Source: an uncultured delta proteobacterium (GTDB lineage: Bacteria > Desulfobacterota > Binatia > DP-6). From it: a DNA stretch of 64,000 nucleotides. Positions 13,527-22,820 of this stretch are shown one piece after another. Below the pieces are notes generated by a model, which did no database searches, was not told the DNA's origin, and worked only from the letters and a program-made list of their open reading frames with translations. The translations under genes and the position numbers were made by a program. The stretch is taken from NCBI GenBank assembly GCA_963815115.1, contig CAWFFN010000007.1, positions 896,001 to 960,000 on the forward strand, given 5' to 3'. How positions within the stretch are numbered: the first letter of the stretch is position 1; every line of letters starts with the position of its first letter.

Positions 13527-14203
13527 GCGGCATGGACGTGCGGGTCTTCGGGGAGTCGGTCCCCTTCCACCTGGGCACCGTTCCGGTGACGACGACGATG
13601 CTCACCACGCTCGGCGTGTCGGCGGTTCTGGTTGCCGCGGCGCTGGCGCTGCGGCACGCGGTGGCGCGGCGGCCGGAGAGCGGGCTCTCGGCCCTCGCTT
13701 TCCTCACCGTCGAGTGGCTCGACGGCATGGTGCGGGAGATCGCCGGGCGCCCCGAGCCTCGGCTCGTCACGCTCGCCGGCACCCTGTTCCTGTACATCGC
13801 CGGCGCGAACCTCTCGGGCCTTCTGCCCGGCGTCCGTCGGCCGACGGCGAGCCTCGCCGCCACCTCGGCGCTCGCGGCGGTGGTCTTCGCGGCGGTGCCG
13901 CTGGCGGGCATCGCGGCACGCGGCGTCCGCGGCTATCTCGCGCACTACCTCCGGCCGAACCCGCTCCTCCTGCCGCTCCACCTCATCTCCGAGGTGTCGC
14001 GCACCGTCGCCCTGTCGATGCGGCTGTTCGGGAACATGATGTCGGGGCAGCTCGTCGTGGCGCTCCTCGTCGCGCTCACGGGTTTGCTCGTCCCGATGCC
14101 GCTCATGGCGCTGGACCTGCTGATCGGCCTGCTCCAGGCCTACATCTTCGCCGTCCTGGCCACGGTTTACGTTGGCGCGGCCATCCGCGCGGCGGAGGGG
14201 TGA
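13523..14203 (+). CDS. atpB: Fo ATPase subunit a
   Basis: SEVSRTVALSMRLFGN (essential Arg), LQAYIFAVLATVY. Confidence 0.93.
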   Translation: MSGMDVRVFGESVPFHLGTVPVTTTMLTTLGVSAVLVAAALALRHAVARRPESGLSALAFLTVEWLDGMVREIAGRPEPRLVTLAGTLFLYIAGANLSGLLPGVRRPTASLAATSALAAVVFAAVPLAGIAARGVRGYLAHYLRPNPLLLPLHLISEVSRTVALSMRLFGNMMSGQLVVALLVALTGLLVPMPLMALDLLIGLLQAYIFAVLATVYVGAAIRAAEG

Positions 14204-14414
14204 GGCTGCCGCGCCACCTGCAGCGCCGCGGCTTCCGCGCCCAGGCCCCTCCTCGCCTCGCTGCTCGCTGGCATTGTCACCAGTGGTGCTTTTGCAAAAG
14301 CTCGGACCACGGATTCCCGCCGCTGGGAAAGAACGCCGAGGGCCGAGGCCGCCGACGGTTGGCAGCGCCATTGCAAGGATCCCCGATGCAGGCCGCCAGA
14401 AAGGCAGTGTGGTC

Positions 14415-15530
14415 ATGAAGGATGCCCGCGGAGTCGAGCACTGGATGCTCGTCGAGGGGGACAAGGCCGTTCGCCCGGACATCCCCTACGCGGCCCGCTT
14501 CGAGAGTCTCGGCCTGAAGCTGCCGGAGAAGCGCCTCACGACCCGCGAGCTGCTCGAGAGCGCGGCGCATCATCCCCACATCGACCTCGAAGCGCTGACG
14601 GGGATCCGCGAGCGGCGCGTCTGCTCCGACGGCGAGGACTCCTTCACGCTCGCCGTCGCAGCGGCACGCGATTGCCTGGCACACTCGCGGCATCAGCCTC
14701 AGGACGTGGAGATGCTCATCTCGGCGAGCATCACCAAGTACAAGGGCGGCCTTCGCCAGCAGTTCGAGCCGCCGCTGAGCCTCGCCATCAAACGAGAGAT
14801 CGGGGCCGACGCGGCCAGGAGCTTCGACCTGTCGAACGCGTGCGCGGGCATGCTCACGGGGGTGTTCGTCCTGAACGACTTCATCCGCCGCGGGGTCATC
14901 CGCTGCGGCATGGTCGTCAGCGGCGAGTACATCTCGAGCCTGGACAGGAATGCGGCGCGGCAGATTCGCTTCATCCTGAGCAAGCAGCTGGCCTCGCTCA
15001 CACTGGGCGACGCAGGCGTCGCGGCGATCTTGGAGCGCGCCCCGGAGGGCAATCCCGGGATCACGTTCGCGGGATTCACGACACTCGCGGAGCACAGCCG
15101 CCTGTGCATCGGGATCCCGGCGAAGATCGGGCCGGGCGCGGCGATGTTCACCGAGGCACGCACGATCCACCGGGTCGCGATCGAGGACTCCCCGCCGCTG
15201 CTGGCCGATGCCCTCGAGGAGACGGGTCTCAGCTTTGCGGACGTCGACTACCTCGTTCCGCACCAGACCTCTTCGCGGGCGATCCGAAAGGCCTCCCGCG
15301 AGTTCACCGCCCGTCTGGGCATGTCGCCGAAGAACTTCGTCGACAACGTCGCCGAGCGCGGCAACACCGCATCGACGACGCACTTCGTCGCACTGTACGA
15401 GTACCTCGAGGCAGAGCGGTTCAAGAAGGGCGACGAGATCCTGCTCCTCTCGCTCGCGTCGGGACTCGAGGTGGGTATCGTCATCTTCCGGATGGACGAG
15501 CTGGTGGATCACTATGGGCACGCGCATTGA
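14415..15530 (+). CDS. 3-oxoacyl-ACP synthase III family (OleA/FabH-like) condensing enzyme
   Basis: LTGIRERR; catalytic triad NACAG, VPHQTS, GNTAST. Confidence 0.88.
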   Translation: MKDARGVEHWMLVEGDKAVRPDIPYAARFESLGLKLPEKRLTTRELLESAAHHPHIDLEALTGIRERRVCSDGEDSFTLAVAAARDCLAHSRHQPQDVEMLISASITKYKGGLRQQFEPPLSLAIKREIGADAARSFDLSNACAGMLTGVFVLNDFIRRGVIRCGMVVSGEYISSLDRNAARQIRFILSKQLASLTLGDAGVAAILERAPEGNPGITFAGFTTLAEHSRLCIGIPAKIGPGAAMFTEARTIHRVAIEDSPPLLADALEETGLSFADVDYLVPHQTSSRAIRKASREFTARLGMSPKNFVDNVAERGNTASTTHFVALYEYLEAERFKKGDEILLLSLASGLEVGIVIFRMDELVDHYGHAH

Positions 15531-16425
15531 GGCTGTCGCCACGGCGCACGCCGGCCGCGGGCCGTTCCGGAAGGGAGCGCTGCAGCTCGCCGACGCGGCC
15601 GCGCGCGCGTGCCTCGCCCGTGCGCATCTGGAAGCGAGCGACATCGATCTGCTCCTCAACGCGGGGCTCTACCGCGAGGACAATCTCACCGAGCCCGCGC
15701 TCGCGGCGCTGATCCAGGAGGACATCGGCGCAAACCCGGGTCACCCCCCGCGCAAGGGCGCGCACGGCACCTTCTCCTTCGACGTTGCGAACGGTGGCTG
15801 CGGGGTGCTCACCGCGCTCGAGCTGCTCGACGGCTTCGTGCGCTCGGGCACGATCCGGACAGGCCTGGTCGTCGCGAGCGACTCGGAGCCCGACGACTCC
15901 GAGTCGTTCCCATTCCCGGCGGTGGGGGGCGCGGTGCTCGTGCGGCCGACGCGCGATGGCGAGGGCTTCGTCGACTTCGCATTCGAGACGTTCGACGAGG
16001 CCGCCGGGCACTTCGAGAGCGCCATCAGCTGGCACGACAAGGCCTGGCACCTCCCCCTGTCGAGGACGGGGACGAACGTGCTGACGGTCGTACAAGGGCA
16101 CGCATACGAGCTCCGGGCGATCGAGTGCGCCGAGGAAGCGACGCGCCGGTTCCTGGCGCGTCACGAGGTCGGCGCTCGATCCGTCGACCTCGCGATCCTC
16201 AGCCAGTCCCCAACGGGGTTCGCGGACGGCCTCGCGGCCCGCCTCGACCTTGCGCGAGGATGCGTCGCGCACGTCGCGGACGAACTCCTGGGCACGCACA
16301 CGGCGAGCCCCATCGCCGCACTCGACGCGGCGATCGAGTCGGGGAAGTTCGCCGAGGCGAGGACCATCCTCTTTGCGACCGTGGGCGCGGGCATCGTCGT
16401 GGGGCTCGCGCTGTATCGGAAGTGA
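15514..16425 (+). CDS. Degenerate KAS III-fold partner protein
   Basis: Overlaps previous gene; EPALAALIQ, FSFDVANGGCG, VGAGIVVG; canonical His and Asn motifs absent. Confidence 0.75.
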   Translation: MGTRIEAVATAHAGRGPFRKGALQLADAAARACLARAHLEASDIDLLLNAGLYREDNLTEPALAALIQEDIGANPGHPPRKGAHGTFSFDVANGGCGVLTALELLDGFVRSGTIRTGLVVASDSEPDDSESFPFPAVGGAVLVRPTRDGEGFVDFAFETFDEAAGHFESAISWHDKAWHLPLSRTGTNVLTVVQGHAYELRAIECAEEATRRFLARHEVGARSVDLAILSQSPTGFADGLAARLDLARGCVAHVADELLGTHTASPIAALDAAIESGKFAEARTILFATVGAGIVVGLALYRK

Positions 16426-16580
16426 TCAGCCCTACGGTGCGGGCGGTCACGTCCAGCGTGAGGGCGGCACGAAGGGCCGCCATTCCCCTCGGCCTGCGCG
16501 AGACCGTCGGCGATGGTTCCCCGAGGTGACGCGTCCAGGCCGGGTCTCTACGCTCTTTCGATCGTGGTACGCTCCCGCTC

Positions 16581-18341
16581 ATGGGCAAGGACTTCTACCA
16601 CCCCGACATGCAGCTGTTCGTCGATCAGCGCGTCGACTGGGCCCGCTACGTCAGGCTCATGCGCGGGTCGGCGGCGAATCCCGGTGAAGAGGTCGCGACG
16701 TACCGAGCCATTCTCCTGAGCATCGGCGAGGTTTGCGAGGCGATCGAATCGGACTCGCACGGGCACTGGTACGACGAGGTCCGGCTCGAGGAGGGCACCG
16801 TCGTCGTCCCACCGCATATCGCAGCCGGGTACAAGAAGCTCCAGGACGCGGGGCTGCTCTGCCTGACGTTGAGCCCGGAGTTCGGCGGCTATGGGCTCCC
16901 GCTCCTGCTCAACTGCTTCTATCTCGAGATGATCGCGCGGGCGGACGCGAGCCTCATGACCATCATCGGTCTCCAGGGCGGCGTGGCACAGGACATCGAG
17001 AAGTACGGGACGGACGAGCTCCGGCGGCGCTATCTCCCCGGCTTCCTATCGGGCGAGCTGCAGGGGGCCATGGACCTGACCGAGCCGCAGGCCGGCTCCG
17101 ATCTTGGCGGCATCACCACCCGCGTGACCGAGGAGCACGGTCGCTTCGTGATCGATGGGGAGAAGATATTCATCACCAACGGCGGCGCCCCCGTCCACCT
17201 CGTCCTTGCCCGGGATGTCGCGACCTACGACCAGTCGAAAGGAACGACGGGCGGCCTCTCGCTCATGCTCTGCCCACGCTCCCTTCCCGATGGACGCCCC
17301 AACGGCGTCAACGTTGTCCGTGTGGAGAAGAAGCTCGGCATCCACGGCTCGCCCACCTGCGTGATCGACTTCGACCATGCCGAGGCGTCCCTGCTCGGCA
17401 CCCGCGGCCAGGGCTTCCGGGCGATGCTCGATCTCATGAACAACGCGCGGCTCGGCGTCGCCGCGCAGGCGATAGGGATCGCCGAGTCCGCGTTTCGCGA
17501 GGCGTTCGAGTTCGCTCAGACACGGGTGCAGTTCGACCAGCCCATCGTGCGCCAGCCCCTCGTCAAATCCATGCTCGGCCACATGAGGTTGAACATCCAG
17601 GCTGCGCGGGCCCTACTCTACCGCACCTGTGCGCTGGTCGACATGACCGACGCGCTGCGCGGCTACCTCGCCACGGACCGCGGGCAGGCCGATCCGCAGC
17701 GCACCGACCTCCAGGCCGAGGCGGACCACAACCTGCAGCTCGTGCGCTTCTTCACCCCGCTCTGCAAGTACTATGCGACCGAGCTCTCGAACCACGTCAC
17801 CCGCCAGGCGATCCAGGTGCACGGCGGCATCGGCTACATGGCCGAGACCGTGCTGGGACATCGTCACGCCGACTCCATCATCACCACCATCTACGAGGGG
17901 ACATCCGAGATCCAGGCGAGCTTCGCGCTGAAGGAGATGAGCAAGGGGGCCCTGTTCACCGCGCTGGAGGACGTTCGCGCCGAGCTCCTGCCCTTGCTCG
18001 AGCGCCACGAGCAACCGGTGCAGCTCGTGTTCACCGGCATCGGCTGGATCAACAGCTGCCTCGGGGCGCTCACCGGCGACCCGCAATACGCGCTGCTCAA
18101 TGCCAAGCGCCTCTGCGAGATGGTCATCGACGTCGTGGTCGCGGCCGAACTGCTGCGCCAGGGCGACGTGGGCGACGAGAGCCGCCGCCAGGTTGCCCGG
18201 TCCTTCGTGAGTCTGAACATCCCGGCGGTGGAGCTGAACGCCCGCCGGATCGCTGCCGGTGACTCGTCCCGCCTCGAGGACTACGATCGCATCCTGGGGC
18301 TCGGCCAGTGCGCGCGAGCGGGCGCACCGGGGGATCGATAG
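16581..18341 (+). CDS. Acyl-CoA dehydrogenase (long type)
   Basis: MDLTEPQAGSDL, GEKIFITNG, KLGIHGSPT, IQVHGGIGY, IYEGTSEIQ. Confidence 0.92.
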   Translation: MGKDFYHPDMQLFVDQRVDWARYVRLMRGSAANPGEEVATYRAILLSIGEVCEAIESDSHGHWYDEVRLEEGTVVVPPHIAAGYKKLQDAGLLCLTLSPEFGGYGLPLLLNCFYLEMIARADASLMTIIGLQGGVAQDIEKYGTDELRRRYLPGFLSGELQGAMDLTEPQAGSDLGGITTRVTEEHGRFVIDGEKIFITNGGAPVHLVLARDVATYDQSKGTTGGLSLMLCPRSLPDGRPNGVNVVRVEKKLGIHGSPTCVIDFDHAEASLLGTRGQGFRAMLDLMNNARLGVAAQAIGIAESAFREAFEFAQTRVQFDQPIVRQPLVKSMLGHMRLNIQAARALLYRTCALVDMTDALRGYLATDRGQADPQRTDLQAEADHNLQLVRFFTPLCKYYATELSNHVTRQAIQVHGGIGYMAETVLGHRHADSIITTIYEGTSEIQASFALKEMSKGALFTALEDVRAELLPLLERHEQPVQLVFTGIGWINSCLGALTGDPQYALLNAKRLCEMVIDVVVAAELLRQGDVGDESRRQVARSFVSLNIPAVELNARRIAAGDSSRLEDYDRILGLGQCARAGAPGDR

Positions 18342-18563
18342 CCATCCGGCCTGGGCGACCGTGGGCGAGTCCGGCATCGTGGGTGGCGACGCGCTCGAAC
18401 CGCGCGCCGACTGTCATTCCAGGAGGGTCGCGTCCCCTCCTCGCATCCAGGCCTCGTCCGGGCGCGCGTGCCCCTTGCGGGCCGCAAAGAGATAGGCCCC
18501 AAATGGGGCCCGTCCTGGATAACCAATATCCTGGCGGACGACTCGCCCCGAGAACTCACGAAC

Positions 18564-18614
18564 TTCCGAGCGCGCCCGCCCCGACTCGAACGGGGGACCT
18601 GCAGGTTCGAAGCC
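18564..18614 (-). repeat. Distal att site (displaced tRNA-Arg 3' half)
   Basis: 48/51 identical to 30183-30233. Confidence 0.92.
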
Positions 18615-18743
18615 GGATCCAGACGAGTGAGGCCCTGCCCCGCCAGGTATGGGTTTCCATGCCTCTCGCCTGTCTTTTCAGCGTCCTGACTGCGAGCGCG
18701 AATTCGTTAGCCTTCGCTGGGGTTCGATCGAGTTCGACCGGCT

Positions 18744-18765
18744 ACTGACACCAGAACTGACACCG
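18744..18765 (+). repeat. Putative integrase arm-type site (left)
   Basis: ACTGACACCAGAACTGACACCG, identical to 30100-30121; internal direct repeat ACTGACACC. Confidence 0.75.
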
Positions 18766-18817
18766 GGCCCGCTCGAGGTAGGGTCTCGAAGTTTACTCCG
18801 CACCCCACCCGGCTCGA

Positions 18818-19309
18818 TCATGCGAACAGACTCGCGATACAGGCGGTCGGCTCCAGCAGGGTCGCGTCGTACGTCTCTGTGGTCAGGCTCGTCATCGTGA
18901 CCTGCACGCCGCCCCTGCGCTGTCCCCTCTGCGACGGGTCCCCCGGAGGTGCCGTGGCCGCCCGACGGTCGTACCTGAGCGATCCTCCGAGTATCCCATC
19001 GACCTCGTCGGCGACCCCGGAGAGGCGCGCGTACCCGCCGTGCGAGAGTAACCCGAGCCGCTGCGACAGCCGCAGCGTGATGCGGAGTGCGTCGAGCCGC
19101 CCGCTCGCCTCGGCCAGCGTCTCGCCCTTCTCGGTGCGGCGGTTCGCGACGGTGAGGAGCACCATCATCTGGAGCGCGTCCTCCAGGATGACGCACCCGA
19201 GGAGTGTGCGCTGTGCGCGTGGGAAGCGGTTCACATGTTCGTACAGACCGGCGCAGAGATCGTAAGACCGTTGCACGACGGGAATCAGGTTCTCCTGACG
19301 GTGGGTTAT
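18818..19309 (-). pseudogene. avd: Degenerate DGR accessory protein Avd (four-helix bundle)
   Basis: IPVVQRSYDL..VNRFPRAQRTLLG..LDALRITLRLSQRLGLLSHGGY..DEVDGILGG; GGAGG RBS followed by ATA (19309) where ATG is expected; in-frame GTG at 19276. Confidence 0.72.
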
Positions 19310-19327
19310 CGCGCTCCCTCCGCCGGA

Positions 19328-19402
19328 CCCTCCTCGGGCGGCACGGGCTCACGCCCGCCCCTCCGAGGAGGGCCAAGGGTCAAAGAACCAAAGAGCCAAA
19401 GC
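19328..19402 (-). other. IMH-like 8-nt repeats plus GC-rich hairpin downstream of the CLec gene
   Basis: Minus strand CTTTGGCT-CTTTGGTT-CTTTGACC-CTTGG, then 10-bp stem CCCTCCTCGG/CCGAGGAGGG (19328-37/19363-72) with inner CGGGC-N4-GCCCG. Confidence 0.6.
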
Positions 19403-19413
19403 CCGGGGACGAC

Positions 19414-20298
19414 TCAGCGAGCACACCGGAAGCCGACGGCGGCTTGTATATTGCTATCGCCGTTGGCAGTCACCTTGAAGACTCCGTCATTACCCGCGCC
19501 ACCGCTGAAAAAGCCTCCGCGAGACAACGGGCCCGGAAGCTGGTGGAAAAAGAGGGTGCCTCCGTTGCCAGGAAACGTAGTGGGGCTACCGTCCCCCCCC
19601 ACGCAACTCGTGTCGTGACCTGCGATCCCGGTCTGGTGCGTCCAGTCGGCGCAGGGACCACTCGAATTGTCCACCCAGTCCGCCACCCACTCGTCCACGT
19701 TCCCCACCAGGTCGAACACGCCCCAGCTCGACTTGCAGCTGCTGCGGGAGCCTGCGTTCACGAGCCCGGGTGAATTGACGGCACAGTCCGTTGTCCGGTT
19801 GTCCGAGCCCGGATTGGGCGTTCCGGCGGCCGCCCCCTGCCACTCGCTGTTCCTCAGCAGCCTCTTGCCCGAGAGCAGGCATGCCTGGTTCGCCTGGAAC
19901 CAGGTCATGCACCCGTTCGGCAGCACTCCCGGGATCGAGACGGCGTAAACCCCCGGCGACGGCGGGTGCGACCCCTGGACCGGCGTCCAGTTCCCGTCGG
20001 GGGGGAAGTTCTTCGGGGAGTCGGCGGCTATCACCCCGATGCACACGAAGGTTGAATTGAGCTGCGTCGCCCCGCCGGCCGTGAGATCGGCGAGCGTGGC
20101 TTTCCCTTGCTGCACCTTCTTCACGAGCGACGTGTTCGAGGGCGGGATCTTCCACACGCTCGCCTCGTAGAGGTCAACGCAGACGGTGCCGACCTTCACC
20201 GAGTCGGGCGGGCACTTGGACGCCCCCGCGCCGGGCGACAGGGCGGCCAGCCAGACGGCCGTGCAAACAACGATTGAGCACCTGCGAAGGCCCTTCAT
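19414..20298 (-). CDS. Secreted FGE-sulfatase/CLec-fold protein (DGR-target-like), paralog 1
   Basis: Signal peptide; CVDLYEAS, GKRLLRNSEW, GVFDLVGNVDEWV, RGG...GFRCAR. Confidence 0.88.
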   Translation of the reverse strand: MKGLRRCSIVVCTAVWLAALSPGAGASKCPPDSVKVGTVCVDLYEASVWKIPPSNTSLVKKVQQGKATLADLTAGGATQLNSTFVCIGVIAADSPKNFPPDGNWTPVQGSHPPSPGVYAVSIPGVLPNGCMTWFQANQACLLSGKRLLRNSEWQGAAAGTPNPGSDNRTTDCAVNSPGLVNAGSRSSCKSSWGVFDLVGNVDEWVADWVDNSSGPCADWTHQTGIAGHDTSCVGGDGSPTTFPGNGGTLFFHQLPGPLSRGGFFSGGAGNDGVFKVTANGDSNIQAAVGFRCAR

Positions 20299-20317
20299 GA
20301 TGTCACCCGACGACTAG

Positions 20318-21172
20318 CTAGTGCGCACAGCGGAACCCCGTGCCGCCGACGCCGTTCGACAGGACGTTGTCCGGTTCGTCGGCATTCGCCGCGAAGACTC
20401 CGGCGTCCGTGCTAAGTGGGAAGAAGCCGCCGCGAAGCAAACCACCCGGAATCTGGCCGTAGAATCCGCTGCCGTTGACTCCCCCGAAGCAGCTGCGATC
20501 GTGACCAGGGATTCCCACCTGGTTCGTCCAGTCGGTGCACGCCGCGCTCAGGTCCTCCCATTCAGCCACCCACTCATCCACGTTCCCCACCATGTCGAAC
20601 ACGCCCCAGCTCGACTTACAGCTCGACCGGGAGCCCGTGTTCACGGTGTCCTTTACGAACGAGATGTTGCAGTCCGTCGTCCCGTTGTCCGTCCCCGGGT
20701 CCGACGTGCCCGCTGCTGCGGCTTGCCACTCCCGGTTCGTCAGCAGTCGCTTGCCCGAGAGCAGGCACGCCTGGTTCGCTTGGAACCAGCTGGTGCCGAC
20801 GGTCGGCTGCACCCCGGGGATGGACACCGCATAGACCCCCGGCGACGGCGGGTTCGATCCGGGAACGGGTGTCCAGTTGCCGTCTTGCGGGAAGTTAGCG
20901 GGGAAGTCCGTACTGCACGACGGCGAGGAGCACAGCTGCGTCGCCCCGCCCCCGATCAGGTCAGCGCGCGTCGCCTTGCCCGCCTGCACCTTCTTCACGA
21001 GCGACGTGTTCGAAGGCGGGATCTGCCACACGCTCGCCTCGTAGAGGTCAACGCAGACGTTGCCGACCTTCACCGAGTCGGGCGGGCACTTGGACGCCCC
21101 CGCGCCGGCCGACAGGGCGGCCAGCCAGACGGCCGTGCAAACAACGATTGAGCACCTGCGAAGGCCCTTCAT
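20318..21172 (-). CDS. Secreted FGE-sulfatase/CLec-fold protein, paralog 2
   Basis: 5' end almost identical in DNA to paralog 1; GVFDMVGNVDEW, RGG..AGVF..GFRCAH. Confidence 0.88.
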   Translation of the reverse strand: MKGLRRCSIVVCTAVWLAALSAGAGASKCPPDSVKVGNVCVDLYEASVWQIPPSNTSLVKKVQAGKATRADLIGGGATQLCSSPSCSTDFPANFPQDGNWTPVPGSNPPSPGVYAVSIPGVQPTVGTSWFQANQACLLSGKRLLTNREWQAAAAGTSDPGTDNGTTDCNISFVKDTVNTGSRSSCKSSWGVFDMVGNVDEWVAEWEDLSAACTDWTNQVGIPGHDRSCFGGVNGSGFYGQIPGGLLRGGFFPLSTDAGVFAANADEPDNVLSNGVGGTGFRCAH

Positions 21173-21187
21173 GATGTCACCCGACGC

Positions 21188-22090
21188 CTAGCGAGCACAC
21201 CGGAAGCCGCGACGGGGGGCCGAGAACGAGGGGTCGTTCCGGGCATCCACATCGAAGACTCCCGCATTCGTGCCGGCGCTGAAGCCGCCGCCGCGAGCCA
21301 GCGCGGCCGGTAACTGGTTGGCAGCACCGACGCCGTCCCCCCCGAAGCAGCTCCTGTCGTTACCAGGGATTCCAGTCTGGCTCGTCCAGTCGGTGCAGCC
21401 GACATTGGCACGGTCGGCCCAGTCCCCCACCCACTCCTCCACGTTCCCCACCATGTCGAACACGCCCCAGCTCGACTTGCAGGTCGCCCGCGAGCCCGTC
21501 TTCACCACGCCGGAGGAGATGGCGCAGTCCGTCGTCCCGTTGTCCGTTCCGGGGTCGGGCGTGCCCGCCGCCGCCCCCTGCCACTCGACGTTCGTCAGCA
21601 GGTGTTTGCCCGACAGCTGACACGCCTGGTTCGCCTGGAACCAGGTGATGCACGTACTGGGCTCCACCCCCGGGAGGGATAGGGCGTAGACACCCGGCGA
21701 CGGCGGGTTGGACTCCACGAAGCCGCCGCCTGGTTTGACCATCAGCACCGGCAACCAGTTGCCATCCGGCGGGAAGATCTGCGGGTAGGACGGCACACAC
21801 GACGACGCCGGGCTCAACAGAATCCCTTTGGGACTCGAAGGGTTGTTCACGGTCCCGAGCCCCCCCCTCAGGTCGGCGAGCGTCGCTTTGCCGGCCTGCA
21901 CCTTCGTCACGAGCGACGCATTCGCTATCGGGTCGATCTGCCACACGCTCGCCTCGTAGAGGTCGACGCAGACGGTACCGACCTTCACCGAGTCGGGCGG
22001 GCACTTGGACGCCCCCGCGCCGGCCGGCACCGCCGCCACGAGGCAGACGGCCGTGTAGCCAAGGACGGTGTACCTGCGAAATCCCTTCAT
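21188..22090 (-). CDS. Secreted FGE-sulfatase/CLec-fold protein, paralog 3
   Basis: GGAGAAGGA RBS; GVFDMVGNVEEW, RGGGFSAGTNAGVFDVDARNDPSFSAPRRGFRCAR. Confidence 0.88.
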   Translation of the reverse strand: MKGFRRYTVLGYTAVCLVAAVPAGAGASKCPPDSVKVGTVCVDLYEASVWQIDPIANASLVTKVQAGKATLADLRGGLGTVNNPSSPKGILLSPASSCVPSYPQIFPPDGNWLPVLMVKPGGGFVESNPPSPGVYALSLPGVEPSTCITWFQANQACQLSGKHLLTNVEWQGAAAGTPDPGTDNGTTDCAISSGVVKTGSRATCKSSWGVFDMVGNVEEWVGDWADRANVGCTDWTSQTGIPGNDRSCFGGDGVGAANQLPAALARGGGFSAGTNAGVFDVDARNDPSFSAPRRGFRCAR

Positions 22091-22502
22091 GGTCCTTCTC
22101 CCTCCCCGCGATCCGGCTTCCCGGAGTTGGGCCGCAGAGCGAGCGGCGTCCGTTGCACGGCACCTCGCGCGCTCTTCGCGAGGCGAGCGACGAGCATACT
22201 CCCGTCACTCACTACTGTCATGGTACTTGTGCAGTCTGGTACCGAACTCGTCCATGGCTCACCCGCCATGTTCCGCAGACACCGTCCGTCCGTGCAGGCC
22301 ACGTTTACGGGCGGTGCCCCATCTGGAGAGCGTTATCCTTGCCGGCTAGCCTGGCGGACGCTTCAGGCAGTCATGCAGATATCCACGAGAGGATGCCCGC
22401 CGTTCGCGCCACGGTATGCCCTCCTTCATGGCCAGAGATCAAAGACGCCATCGCCCCAGCAGCGCCCGACGATTCAGGTTGGACGTGTACGATAGCATCC
22501 AC

Positions 22503-22820
22503 ATGGCCCAGAGACGGACACGGATCCAGGTCGAGCAGCTGGTAGCCTTCCTCGACGTCAGTCAGGTAGCCCTGCTCTGCGACTTCGCTGGCGGGCGGCG
22601 CATCCCGAAGCGGGAGCAGTTCGAGGCGTGGAAGCGGCGAGTGCTCCTGCTCGGCGACTGGCTGCACCGAGGATACGGGGTCCGTGGGCTCGCTGCGAAG
22701 TACGGCCTGACGGAGAGCGCGGTGAAGCGGTTGCTGACGATTGCCCGGAGAAAGATACGGCTCGACAAGCTGCGAGCCGAGACCGAGGCGGGGATCGGGA
22801 CTCGTGGGGGCACGCGATGA
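22503..22820 (+). CDS. Small basic protein, possible HTH DNA-binding domain
   Basis: GYGVRGLAAKYGLTESAVKRLL resembles an HTH; ATGA-coupled to next ORF. Confidence 0.5.
   Translation: MAQRRTRIQVEQLVAFLDVSQVALLCDFAGGRRIPKREQFEAWKRRVLLLGDWLHRGYGVRGLAAKYGLTESAVKRLLTIARRKIRLDKLRAETEAGIGTRGGTR

Noticed and set aside
18620-19413. Search for a DGR template repeat or reverse transcriptase
   Set aside because: No AAC-rich copy of any paralog tail and no RT (Y/F)xDD domain seen here or elsewhere in the window, so an active self-contained DGR is not claimed.
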